A stretch of 64,000 nucleotides of DNA from Eledone cirrhosa (Eukaryota), in assembly GCA_964016885.1 (NCBI GenBank), contig OZ024745.1:102920001-102984000 (forward strand). The letters are read 5' to 3'. The notes beneath the pieces were generated by a model. That model was not told where the DNA came from, made no database searches, and was given only the letters and a program-made list of their open reading frames with translations. Position numbers and translations under genes: made by a program. Positions 13,701 to 25,728 of the stretch are shown here, piece by piece (within the stretch, counting starts at the first letter, position 1; the number at the start of each line of letters is the position of its first letter).

Positions 13701-16257
13701 TATTATATATGTATATATATGCCACAACAGTGCAAAAACATACACATAGATGCAGATATATTCTCACTCAAGTACACTACCAATGCAATAAATGTATGCA
13801 TGTGTGTATGTATGCATATATGTATGTATATATCACCATCAATCATTGTTTTTACATCTGCCTCTTTTTCTTCTTCTCATCGTCATTGTTGTCGTCATCA
13901 TCATCATCATCATCCTTTGTCCACTTATTCCTCTCAGGAATTAGTGGACAAAGGGCAGGAGTAAAGAAGGGCAGATCTGGCTGTATGGGAAAGTAGAAGA
14001 AAGGACTATAGATGCCATAAATGAGAGGAAAGGGGAGGGGAAAAGCAAGGACTCTAGGGCCACAGAAGAAAGGGTGGAAGGGGAGAGGGTGATGGACTAT
14101 AGGCCTTGGGTGGGGTAGACTGCTGACAAGCAAACTTGAGAAGAAAAAAAAATAAGGCTCTACTGTATAGCAGCTAACTAATTATATTATACTTCCAAGG
14201 TGTAGTAGCACCACAGGTAAAAAAAAAACCTCATAACTGAAAGATTTTGATTAAATTCTGCACTTATAATTACAATCCCCCACCCCCACCCCCATAAAAT
14301 AATAAAATAATAATAATAATTTATAATCTTTCTTTGTATTTTGTAATTGTATCTTAACCACTAGTTGCTGCCATTGAAAGCTGGTTAATATTCTTGTCAA
14401 CAATAGTTGCTTTTAAAATAGAAAGCATAGAAATTGTGAACATGAAAGTCTCTCTCTGCTGTTGTTCATTATTGTATTTAGTCCCCTGTTATTACATTTA
14501 CAATAGCCCAAGGAGGGAAGGGATTAAGCTTATAACAAAAATGTAATTCTATGTTTAAATGACAACAGCAAATGTTTTAAGGCTATCTTCCCATGCTGAA
14601 GCTGGGGTTAGCCCTGCAAGTCATATAAAAGACTTCATACTCATCATGAGGTCCTTTCTGAAGCAAGTTTTATGGCTGGATGCCTTTTCTGGCCCCAACA
14701 ATTTTAAATCAACAGTTTCACCACATAGGGATACAGTGAATGTATTCTAAACACAGCAAATGTTTAAATGGCAATGTAGCATACATTTAATTACTTAAAG
14801 ATAACTATTTCTACTTGTTGGCACAAGGCCAGCAATTATCCCAGTGCATTACTGGTGCTTTATTTTATTGACCCTGTAAGCATGAAAGCCAAAGTTAACC
14901 TCGACAGGATTTGAACTCAGACCGTAAAGGGCCGTAACTCTATGCCGCAAAGCATAGAATTACCTAAAGATAATGTTAGCACACTATTCATGGCTGTATC
15001 TGTATAGTTATTCCGCAATCACATAGTTACATGTGCAGTCCCACTGAGTGGCACCTTGGATGTTTTCTTCCATAACCTCAGGTGAAACCTTCTGAGTGAA
15101 ATTAGGTAAATGAAAGCTGAGTGGAAGCCTGTCAGATGGATTGTACCACCTCTTAAGTGATAGTCAATTCATCATCCCTATTTTAACCCCCACACCAAGC
15201 CCTTCAGTGCCTTTATACAAATCTACTATTACCAGCATTCTGACCTGGTCTGCAGTCAGAAGCTGGTGCTTTGCTTTCCTACACGTAGTAGTTTGTTGAA
15301 CCATCGTTTATTACTCTCTTTTGCCATCCAGTGGTAAAAATTATGGGTACTGCTCTTTCTCCTGTTTCATCCTCCATAAAAATATACTGTTTAAAAATCT
15401 GAAGAAGAAACGGGAAAGAGGGTGTTAAAACAATGATGATGATAGACAATAATAGTACTGGTATTTATTTATAAGCACATTTCATTTTGATATCAATCTA
15501 ACTGAAACTGCTCTTGGGTCTACATTACAAAACTGTTTATTTTAAAGTGGTTATATTTATTTTAAAACCTTCTAAGTTTATGTAAGAACATTTCATAAGT
15601 TACGTTCCAGACAACACATGTTCAAATCACAGGTTGTGTTTTTCATTAGAAAAAGTGTTAAACATACTGACATAACTATAACTACAATACTATCACTCTT
15701 TGACAAACAACAGATAAATGATTTATATCCTATGTCACATTTTGCTTCTTATAATGTCTAATATTTACATTAAAGTATTTATAGTTAATTCTTAATTGGA
15801 TATAAATAGATCCCAATATATGCATCTGATTACTTAGATCTAATGAGGTCATTAAACGATAGTTTAGGAAAAATGATGAGACAAGGTTTAAATCAAGACA
15901 TTTAATAACCCACCATAATCCATTTTTGTTTAAAATTCTTTGGGAAAATATTGAAAGCAATTTAGATTATGAGATTTACAGCATTTCAGAAAATGGGAAG
16001 TCGAGAAAGAAAACAAATAAAAAAAAACATCTGTGATTATTCTAATGTATTGGAATGTCATAGTATTAACTATTAACAATAATGTCTGAATATGGATTTA
16101 GTTATCACAGATAATGCTTATTCAAAATATCCATTAGAAAGTAAAACTGAACGTCATGTAACTGATTTATAAATTACCATAAACCCAGCAGACAATGTTT
16201 GATTGGCATGTCTTTTTCCATTGACAAATGAAATGATATCATTATTTCTTTTATTTC

Positions 16258-16657
16258 GAGGGCGGTGAATTGGTAGTATCAGTAGAGGGTCGGACGCCAT
16301 GCTTTGACACATAGAGTTACGGCCCTTGCCATTCTGAGTTCAAATCCCGTCGAGGTTAACTTTGCCTTTCATCCTTACGGGGTCGATAAAATAAAGTACC
16401 AGTAATACACTGGGTAATTGCTGGCCTTGTGCCAATAGTAGAAACAAATTTCTTTTATTTCTCTTTTGGCAGTGGATTGGCAGTATCGGTAGAGGGTCGG
16501 AAGCCATGCTTTGATGCATAGAGTTACCACCCTTGCCATTCGGACTTCAAATCCCATCAAGGTTAACTTTGCCTTTCATCCTTATGGGGTCGATAAAATA
16601 AAGTACCTGTAATGCACTGGGTAATTGCTGGCCTTGTGCCAAAAAGTAGAAACAGTT
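16258..16657 (+). mobile_element. Two tandem family-2 SINEs. More than 20 further full or partial copies occur, e.g. 14805, 16910, 17930, 22515, 22985, 29870, 34945, 36150, 37205, 43060, 46355, 48070, 49035, 54080, 59590.
   Basis: Head GGCGGTG(G/A)ATTGGCAGTATCGGTAGAG, B-box GTTCAAATCCC, body GACTTTGCCTTTCATCCTTACGGGGTCGATAAAATAAAGTACC, tail AGTAGAAACAATT(ATT)n. The target repeat ATTTCTTTTATTTC occurs at 16244, 16448 and 16658. Confidence 0.9.
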
Positions 16658-17189
16658 ATTTCTTTTATTTCTCTTTTCAATTTCAGGTTAATTAGAATTT
16701 ATGAAGATATATTTATCTCTTCTTTCCCTTACAAATGTTATTTCGATATTTTCTGCTTTTATCTTTTTTAATGCAGAATCTCTCCAGTTTTGACATGTTT
16801 ATCTCATATTTTTAAATTATTTTTATCAATATTATATTGATATTATTATTATTTATTACCATTGATATTATTATTATTTATTACCATTGATATTATTATT
16901 ATTTATTACCATTCTGAGTTCAAATCCTGCCGAGGTTAACTTTGACTTTCATCCTTACAGGGTCGATAAAATAAAGTACCAGTAATACACTGGGATAATT
17001 GCTGGCTTTGTGCCAAAAGTAGAAACAATTATTATTATTTATTATAAATAATGATGATGATGATTTCTTTTTAATAATAATAATAATAATAAATAATAAT
17101 AACTGTTTTTACTTTTGGCACAAGGCCAGCAAATACCCAATGCATTACTGGTACTAAAATAAAGTACCAGTAATAAAAAAAAAGTGATA

Positions 17190-17640
17190 AACATGTCGGA
17201 TACATTGAAGCTCCGACGCCTGGCAACTGACTTGGTAAACACCCACAAAATTGTTAACCATCTTGCCAACAACAACCCTGAGTACCTTTTTGATTTCCAT
17301 GTGTCTAACACACATTGACATGCCCACAAAGTCAGAAAACAGCACAGTTCCCATGACTTTCTGAAACATTTTTTCACGTTCAGAGTTGCTGAAGTGGGAA
17401 CAAACTACCTGCATCAGTTGTTAGCTGTCGAGACACTGCATCCTTTAAAACCTCCATGCTTCCCGAGATTCACCAACACTACACCTAATGTTCCCCCTCC
17501 ACACACATACACACATGTATATCATGACTCATACACTATTCACTTCCCTGACATTTGTATATTATTCTATGTACTATACATACACCTTTGACGAGTTGTA
17601 GTGCACCTGAGCACTTTACACAATAATTTCATTATTATTA
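17190..17640 (+). mobile_element. 3' end of a CR1/L2-like LINE
   Basis: Decayed translation H.HKVRKQHSSHDFLKHFFTFRVAE.WNKLPASVV, typical of a CR1 C-terminus. The 3' UTR ends GTGCACCTGAGCACT...(ATT)n, which also occurs reversed near 38170-38270 and 49300-49440. Confidence 0.75.
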
Positions 17641-18338
17641 AAACTGGAGATATTCTGCATTAAAAAAGATAAAAGCAGAAAATATCAAAATAACATTTGT
17701 AAGGGAAAGAAGAGATAAATATATCTTCATAAATTCTAATTAACCTGAAATTGAAAAGAGAAATAAAAGAAAACATGCAAAACATGAGTTTCGACAATAA
17801 AATTAGCTGGTGCATAAAACAACGAAGGCTGAAGGTGTATTTCAAATAAAGATATTGTTGAGAGGATTGCTGATTTTAATGCAAAGGGAAAGAGATTGTC
17901 TTGAAGGACAGCATAATGTGTAAGACAGTTCAAATCCCGCCGAGGTTAACTTTGCCTTTCATCCTTACGGGGTCGATAAAATAAAGTACCAGTAATGTAC
18001 TGATAATTGCTGGCCTTGTGCCTAAAGTAGAAACAATAATGTGTAAGACAGTTAAAAAATTCAATTTTAAAATCTTTATATTTGATATAGTATAATCATC
18101 CATCCACTCTCTCTCTCTCTCTCCTCTCTCTCTAATGTGATGAAATACCAATGATGGTTGGAAAATCACTGACGAAGGACCCGATCTGTACTACTGGGGT
18201 TGTACCCTTTAAGGGTAAGGAGCCCATCATCACGGTACAATCCACCACCGAATGCAGGAAACATATCAGTGAGTTTGGCTATTAGGAATAATCCTATAAG
18301 ATCTTCCTGGCGTGGAGGATGATTTTTCTTTCCTGGTC

Positions 18339-19697
18339 GCCTTGGACTTCGCCGAAACACTTGTGCCCATCACCGACCAGGAAAGAAAAATCATCCTCCA
18401 CGTCAGGAAGACAGTCTTACTCTTTGACGACTCTAAATGGATAAAAAGAGCTCCCGACTCACCCTTCGACGTCAGCATGGGCGCCACGGATTCGGCGGAG
18501 GTCACAGATCTTATAGGATTATTCCTAATAGCCAAACTCACTGATATGTTTCCTGCATTCGGTGGTGGATTGTACCGTGATGATGGGCTCCTTACCCTTA
18601 AAGGGTACAACCCCAGTAGTACAGATCGGGTCCGGAAACAATTAATCAGATTCTTCCGCGACTGGGGATTTAAAATAACCCTACAAACGTACCTGACCCG
18701 AGTAAACTTCCTGGATGTGACCCTCGACCTCGAAAACGACCTGTACTACCCATACAGGAAACCTAATGACAATCTGCACTACGTTCACCGCCGATCAAAC
18801 CATCCTAGGAACATCACAAACAACCTGGTCAAAAACATCTCCCTCCGCATATCCCGTTTGTCAGCTAATGAGCGGATATTCGATGAACATGCGCCTTATT
18901 ACAACCAGGCCCTCAAGCGGAGTGGTTTCCGGGAGGAAATATCCTACTGTCCAGCTCCCATTAGCGGAACCAGCAGGAGACACCGCCGCTCACGCAATGT
19001 AACATGGTTCAATCCTCCCCACAACGCAGAGGTGACAACTCCCATCGGGAAACTATTCTTTAGGCTCATTGAAAAACACTTCCCATTACAACACCGCTAC
19101 CACAACATAATTAACAAAAATACCATCAAACTCTCTTACAGCACTACACCAAACTTCGCACAAAACATCGTCTCCTCTAACAACAAAAAACTCAACCCCG
19201 ATGGCAGAAATAACCTAAATAGCAGTGGAGAACCGACCAGGAGGTGTAACTGCCCGGATAGATCTATTTGCCCACTCGACAATAGATGCAGAGACCGTAA
19301 TGTGATCTACCAGTGCAACGTGAGGACGGATACCTCCAACAAAGCCTATATAGGACTTACCGCATGTGACTTCAAGACCCGGCTATACCAACATAGACAT
19401 ACCTTCCGTAACCCGGCCCGGCGTCACGCCACTACACTTTCGGGCCACATATGGGACCTCAAGGACAACAACATCACCTATGATCTCACTTGGAGATTAC
19501 TGTCCAGAGCCAATTCTTACACGGGAGGACGCCGTCCGTGCAATTTATGCTCGGAGGAAACTTTACAAATGCTGTTTTCGACGGACCAACTCCTAAACAA
19601 GAAAGATGAACTGGTCACTGCATGTAAACATAGATTGCGTAGGACTTACCTCGCCCTCAAACCCCATAATGACCCGGGGGGGGGGGGGGTAGACTAG
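18339..19697 (+). CDS. Penelope-like polyprotein fragment: C-terminal part of the reverse transcriptase plus GIY-YIG endonuclease
   Basis: Uninterrupted frame with MGA.DSAEV, LYRDD (RT catalytic motif), FLDVTL, YRKP and SNHP; Cys linker CNC..C..C; VIY..YIG..FK.R..QH; C-terminal CNLC.EE...LLNK.ELV..CKH. The N-terminal MEDDFSFLV of the track ORF comes from the inverted segment. Confidence 0.93.
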   Translation, partial: ALDFAETLVPITDQERKIILHVRKTVLLFDDSKWIKRAPDSPFDVSMGATDSAEVTDLIGLFLIAKLTDMFPAFGGGLYRDDGLLTLKGYNPSSTDRVRKQLIRFFRDWGFKITLQTYLTRVNFLDVTLDLENDLYYPYRKPNDNLHYVHRRSNHPRNITNNLVKNISLRISRLSANERIFDEHAPYYNQALKRSGFREEISYCPAPISGTSRRHRRSRNVTWFNPPHNAEVTTPIGKLFFRLIEKHFPLQHRYHNIINKNTIKLSYSTTPNFAQNIVSSNNKKLNPDGRNNLNSSGEPTRRCNCPDRSICPLDNRCRDRNVIYQCNVRTDTSNKAYIGLTACDFKTRLYQHRHTFRNPARRHATTLSGHIWDLKDNNITYDLTWRLLSRANSYTGGRRPCNLCSEETLQMLFSTDQLLNKKDELVTACKHRLRRTYLALKPHNDPGGGGVD

Positions 19698-20802
19698 GGC
19701 TATAACACCCCACTTGCCGATTTTGCAATGGGTAACCCCTGCTTGCCAAGGAAGACGTAAGATCTTCTTTGTATTCTTTTATCGCTTCCTTTATTTCCTT
19801 CCCCCCTCTCTCCTTAGTCCTTCTACCCCAGCTCTTCTCCTTTGTCGGCGTCTTTTCTCGCCCACCCGAGGCTGCCCTTTGGCCCCATGTAGCCTTAGTA
19901 CCCCCACCACCCCCTCCCCTAGTCTATGATAGATTTGGCGGACTCCGCCCTTTATAGCAGTTGGCTTAGACCCCGGATACTTGCCCCCTTTTTCTGACCG
20001 CTCCCACTATTCTCTGTGCCCTCTATATTTCTTAGTGGCACCTATGCCTTATTTTTTCGTTTCAGTATTTCTTGCTTCGCTTTTCTTCTGGGCGGGGTGG
20101 ATTCTGAATTTATTTCTCCGTATTCTACCTTTATTTCGTACGAACTTTCATGTAGCTTGTTTTAGATCTTTTAGAGTTAGCATTAGTATATATTTTTCTC
20201 GGGACTCAGAATTATTATCTCGTACAAGTTCACTTTGCTGCACTGGGTCGTTGCTGGCCCGGGATGGAAACCTTTATTGTTTATTTCGTGGTAGTCTCTT
20301 TAGTATTTTGGCCCCTTTTGTTGACCCGTCACCGTATCATTTACGTACTTATACCTCTTAAAAGGGTCCTTGCCTATCCGTCCCACCTAGTTCTTTTACT
20401 TATTTCGTTATTTCTTTATTTATTTATTTCTTTACTTCTTTCTTTCTTTATTTATTTTATTCTAGCCTTACAATAGCCTGAGACCTAGGTCGTAGAATTT
20501 AATTTACTTTACTTTTTTCTTTACACTTATTTGCTTTTCTTCACTCTCAGTATTGTTTCTTTTCTTTCCTATATATTTCTACCCCCCATTGTTCTACCTA
20601 CCGTTCCGACTTCCTCCCCCTCCCCTGTATCTTCTTTGACCTCATGCCCAGCTGTAGCTGGCACTACCAACGCTTGATTGGGTCTACTCCACCCCCTCCC
20701 CTCTTTCTCCTACTGGCAGGTTTAGCCACCATCTCCCCTACTAATTTGCAACCACAGAATTACTACTGATTTTTGACAATCACTTTGACCATATATGGAA
20801 TT

Positions 20803-20896
20803 ACCCCTTGAGAAGATCGGCTATTTAAATACCAGGATAAATTTTCATTTAGTCCAGAATTAGCCGTCGAAACGGCTTGAGCTCAGCTGTCGGGGT
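20803..20896 (+). ncRNA. Type I hammerhead ribozyme (U3/A8 core variant), family A
   Basis: acccc TTGAGAA gatcggcta...tagccgtc GAAA cggct-tgagctc-agctg TC ggggt. All three stems pair; predicted cleavage after GUC at 20891. Confidence 0.8.
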
Positions 20897-20906
20897 CTTA
20901 CTGGTT

Positions 20907-20942
<36 letters not shown>

Positions 20943-20946
<4 letters not shown>

Positions 20947-21098
20947 AGGAAGGGGTATTTAATTTGTTGGAAGTCCAACAAATATAGAAATATATACTCT
21001 TTTCAAGCGTATCAATGTGTCTTGGTACCCTTGAAATATATATAATAAAATAAATATGGTTTTATAAATATAGTTTGCATTTATTTAATATCATTGAG
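20943..21098. mobile_element. Penelope-like terminal remnant, family B (inverted 3' end followed by a sense fragment)
   Basis: 20943-20985 matches the reverse complement of 45235-45278. 21005-21098 carries the HHR 3' half CCCTTGAAATATATATAATAAAATA. Confidence 0.75.
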
Positions 21099-21116
21099 TA
21101 TATATATATATATATG

Positions 21117-21147
<31 letters not shown>

Positions 21148-21180
21148 ATCTATATGTATATATATGTATATGTATATATA

Positions 21181-21238
<58 letters not shown>

Positions 21239-21325
21239 GATATATATATGTATATATACACATATAGATATATATATAGATATACACATATAGATATAGA
21301 TATATATATAGATATACACATATAG

Positions 21326-21360
<35 letters not shown>

Positions 21361-21409
21361 GATATAGATATATATACACATATAGATATATAGATATATA
21401 TAGATATAT

Positions 21410-21478
<69 letters not shown>

Positions 21479-21505
21479 GATATATACATATATACATATA
21501 TATAC

Positions 21506-21570
<65 letters not shown>

Positions 21571-21726
21571 GATATATACATATATATACGTATATATACA
21601 TATATACGTATATATACATATATACGTATATATACATATATACATATATATATATGTATATATACATATATATGTATATACGTATATATATATATGTATA
21701 TGTATATATATATGTATATGTATATG

Positions 21727-21757
<31 letters not shown>

Positions 21758-21772
21758 GTATATATATATATG

Positions 21773-21804
<32 letters not shown>

Positions 21805-22000
21805 TGTATATATGCATATATGTATATATATTTATATATGTATATATGCATATATGTATATATATTTATATATGTATATATAAATATATATGTATATATG
21901 CATATATGTATATATATTTATATATGTATATATATGTATATATGTATATATATGTATATATGTATATCTATATGTATATATATGTATATATATATATGTG

Positions 22001-22073
<73 letters not shown>

Positions 22074-22086
22074 GTATATATATATG

Positions 22087-22137
<51 letters not shown>

Positions 22138-22156
22138 GTATATATATGTATATATG

Positions 22157-22187
<31 letters not shown>

Positions 22188-22242
22188 GTATATATGTATA
22201 TATATATATATGTATATATATATATGTATATGTATATATTTG

Positions 22243-22318
<76 letters not shown>
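21099..22318. repeat. Long compound (TA)n microsatellite
   Basis: About 1.2 kb of TA with TG/CA/GA interruptions; source of the YI-repeat ORFs. Confidence 0.97.
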
Positions 22319-22321
<3 letters not shown>

Positions 22322-23289
22322 ATCTTTTCTATCTATCTATCTCTCCCTCTCTTCATATATATATATAGATAGATATTTAATATGACAAAAAACCAAGATT
22401 AACAACTTAAATTCATTCTTTAATTTCTACGTCCGTTTCAATGCAGTTACAATGGTAAAATCATATGTAAACAACTAGAAATAATTAATTATCAATTATT
22501 AACACCATACATAATTGTTTCTTCTTTTGGCACAAGGCCATCAATTACCCAGTACATTACTGGTACTTTATTTTATCGACCCCGTAAGGATGAAAGGCAA
22601 AGTTAACCTCGGCGGGATTTGAACTCAGACCGCAAAGGGACGTAACTATGCTGGAAAGCATGGCGTCCGACCCTCTACCGATACTCCCACCATACATAAT
22701 ACTGATAACCAAGAATAGACATATCAAAACACTGAGTGTAGACCAAGCAATTAAATTTTTTAAAAAAACGTATTTTGTAGATGGAGTTTTTTGACTGAGC
22801 AAAATCACATGTTGGGGTATAATCGTTATGTCATTACTATTTACAATGTTATTAATTACTTTTTCCTTATACAGTTGGAATAATATTTGTTGTAAGACTT
22901 GGAAATTATCTAAGAGGCAGTAGCATGTAGGTTTAGGAAAAAAAAAGCATTACTATCTATTATTTACAATGTTATTATATAGTTTAGCGGTGGATTGGCA
23001 GTATCTTTAGAGAGTCGGACACCATGCTTTGAAGCATAGAGTTACGTCCCTTTATGATGTGAGTTCAAATCCCGCCGAGGTTAACTTTGCCTTTCATCCT
23101 TACGGGGTCGATAAAATAAAGTACCAGTAATGTACTGGGTAATTGCTGGCCTTGTGCCTAAAATAGAAACAATTATATAGTTAGAATAAAATTTCTTGTT
23201 AGATTTGCAGGAGTGGGAATTTATTAAAGAAGAAATAGCAAACAGTTAGCATTTTACATAAAGAATTAATGGATACACATACAAAGCTT

Positions 23290-23633
23290 CATCATCATTT
23301 TATCATCATTTTACGTCTGCTTTTCCCTGCTTGCAATGGTGGGACGGGAACTGATTCTGGCTTGATTTCTACAGCTGGATGCCCTTCCTAACACCAACCT
23401 CATTTACAGTGAGTGCTGGGTGCTTTTTTGCCGTGGCACCTCCACGACCACTTTGCAGTGGAATGATAGGGACCCCAGTCCCTATCATCTCATTTCTACA
23501 GCTGAGTAAACTGGAGCAATGTGAAATAAAGTGTCTTGCTCAAGGAAACAACACATCACCCGGTCTGAGAATTGAACTCACAACCTTTCAATTGCAAGGC
23601 CAATGCTCTAACCACTAAGCCATGTGCCTCCAT
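23290..23633 (-). mobile_element. SINE family 1
   Basis: Near-identical to 11768-12110. Confidence 0.9.
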
Positions 23634-23934
23634 GTATATATTCAATGTTTATGTAAAATATGACCTATTGCCAATGATAAAAACCTATATGATGACTTCC
23701 TGGTGAGGAGAGTTGATTGGCAGCATCAGTTAAGTGACAAGAATAAAGTATCATGCTGTATTTAGTTTTGTCCCCCTACATTCTGAGTTTAAATTCCACC
23801 AAAGTCAACTTTGCCATTCATCCTCCTGGTGGCCAATAAATTCAGTACCAATCAACTATTGGACGTTAATTTAATGAACTGATCTCTTCCCTGCCAAAAA
23901 TAAATTTATGGCCCTGTTTTTATACCAGAATTAA

Positions 23935-24149
23935 CCCTTTAGCATTTAAACCGGCCATATCCGGTCAGAAGTCTCTCACCTCTTTCTGTTCAAACCAGCT
24001 GTAACTGGCTGCTCATACTGATGTTAAGGTGTTGTTCTCAAAATAAGTAATATCAAAATCTCGTAGATTCGATATTATGTGATATAATTATGTAGGATAA
24101 AGCCATGAAAATATAATAGTAAATATAGAGTTACATAAATGCTAAAGGG
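23935..24149. mobile_element. piggyBac-type MITE, complete (215 bp)
   Basis: TTAA|CCCTTTAGCATTTA ... TAAATGCTAAAGGG|TTAA: perfect 14-bp TIR and TTAA target duplication. Confidence 0.92.
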
Positions 24150-24423
24150 TTAAATATTATGACAATCTGGTGAGTATAATTGTATTACAAGTAAGATAGA
24201 AATTGAGATGTATCTAAATTATGGTTTCTATACCCTAAAGTATTAAGTTCATATAGCTAGCTAATGTTACTAATAAAAATATATATGTTAACATTTTGTC
24301 TTCTGTAAAAATCCTCAGGTGTTTACACTTTGTAAAACAAAATGATTTACAGTATTTTCTCTCGTCTACATTACATATGTAACTTCTCTACAATTTCAAT
24401 GCCATGTAACTATTATTTCACAG

Positions 24424-24561
24424 GGTCCTAATGAGGAAAGAAGAGCATACATAGCAACTCAAGCCCCTTTGGAATGTACAGTTGCAGATTTTTGGAGAAT
24501 GGTGTGGGAACAACAGGCAAGAGTGATAGTTATGTTGACTGATATGGATGAACGTGGAATG
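24424..24561 (+). CDS. Next internal exon of the protein tyrosine phosphatase (GPNEERRAYIATQAPLECTVADFWRMVWEQQARVIVMLTDMDERGM)
   Basis: TTTCACAG acceptor and GTAAGA donor at 24562; 138 bp, phase 0 to phase 0, in frame with exon 2897-2973. Encodes YIATQxP, TxxDFWRMVWE and IVMLT (PTP motifs 4-6). Confidence 0.95.
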
Positions 24562-25061
24562 GTAAGACATTCTCTTTATGTTCCTTTCACTGCTGCAACA
24601 AGCTTAGATTGGCAGCAATCTTACTTGAAGCAATTTGATACTTATTTCTGAATGTGTTATGTTACAGCTGCTCATCATTTCTTGGAAACAGCTGAGAATA
24701 TACTATTATTAAGTCTAAACATAGCTTTGAAGGTTTTCTACACTATAATGTTGAAATCACATTCACATTCATACACACATTTAGACAGCTGCACATGCTG
24801 GATGACACAGAGTCATATAGGGGTATTCATACACATACACACATAAATGTGTGTAAATGTGTGTATGTGTGGAAATATATGTGTGTGCCTATGTGTATAT
24901 GTGTGTGAGTGAGTGAAAACGACAAAGAGTCACTGAGGGTATATAAGTGCATGTGTAAGAGTGCTTGTGTGCATGTATGTGGTATGCATTAATATATATG
25001 TGTTTGTATGTGTGTATGTATATATATATATATATATGTGTGTGTGTTTGTGTGTATGCAT

Positions 25062-25095
<34 letters not shown>

Positions 25096-25221
25096 TAGCA
25101 TGGAAGAAAGAGGTTAAATGATGATGATGATGATGATTATATATATTATTTATAAATATATATATACATATTCTAAACCCATGCTAGCATGGAAGATCGA
25201 CGTTAAATGATGATGATGATG

Positions 25222-25480
25222 ACATATTTATTTATAAATATATATATACATATTTATTTATAAATATATATATACATATTTATTTATAAATATATATATA
25301 CATATTTATTTATAAATATATATATACATATTTATTTATAAATATATATATACATATTTATTTATAAATATATATATACATATTTATTTATAAATATATA
25401 TATACATATTTATTTATAAATATATATATACATATTTATTTATAAATATATATATACATATTTATTTATAAATATATATA
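25222..25480. repeat. 26-bp AT-rich minisatellite (ACATATTTATTTATAAATATATATAT)n
   Basis: About 10 copies; the unit resumes at 25675-25728 and at 29721. Confidence 0.9.
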
Positions 25481-25481
25481 T

Positions 25482-25672
25482 GTGAAGTAATTCCATCGGG
25501 AAAGTCCAGGAAAAAAGAGTTCTCTATGTAGGTAACAGAGCTTAATAGTTATGTAATAAACAACATAAGGCAATTATTCCATTTACCAGTGGTTTCTTAA
25601 AAGCAAAAAATTTTGCTTTCAATCATCGGAAGGAAAAAATCCTGGTCTGTTTATTGAATTTGGATTTTAAAT
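25482..25672 (-). mobile_element. Penelope-like terminal remnant, family C, with mutated HHR
   Basis: Reverse complement matches 58275-58465; the core reads CCGATGA instead of CTGATGA (about 25577-25636). Confidence 0.8.
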
Positions 25673-25728
25673 ATACATATTTATTTATAAATATATATAT
25701 ACATATTTATTTATAAATATATATATAT

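Larger units (their letters stand above)
18177..20910 (+). mobile_element. Penelope-like retroelement (Naiad-like), 5'-truncated with inverted 5' segments; family A
   Basis: RT-GIY-YIG ORF, about 1.1-kb pyrimidine-rich 3' region, HHR at the 3' end, termination in (TA)n. 18177-18304 is an inverted copy of 18506-18633. Confidence 0.93.

Noticed and set aside
18166-18360. Separate minus-strand RT gene (YRDD motif)
   Set aside because: It is the inverted duplicate of 18506-18633.
18339-19697. Selenoprotein-type Penelope ORF
   Set aside because: No in-frame TGA in the visible frame; it ends in TAG, and I identified no SECIS.
21091-22385. YI/IY-rich ORFs (also 50534-52215 and 54848-55427)
   Set aside because: Translations of (TA)n microsatellites.
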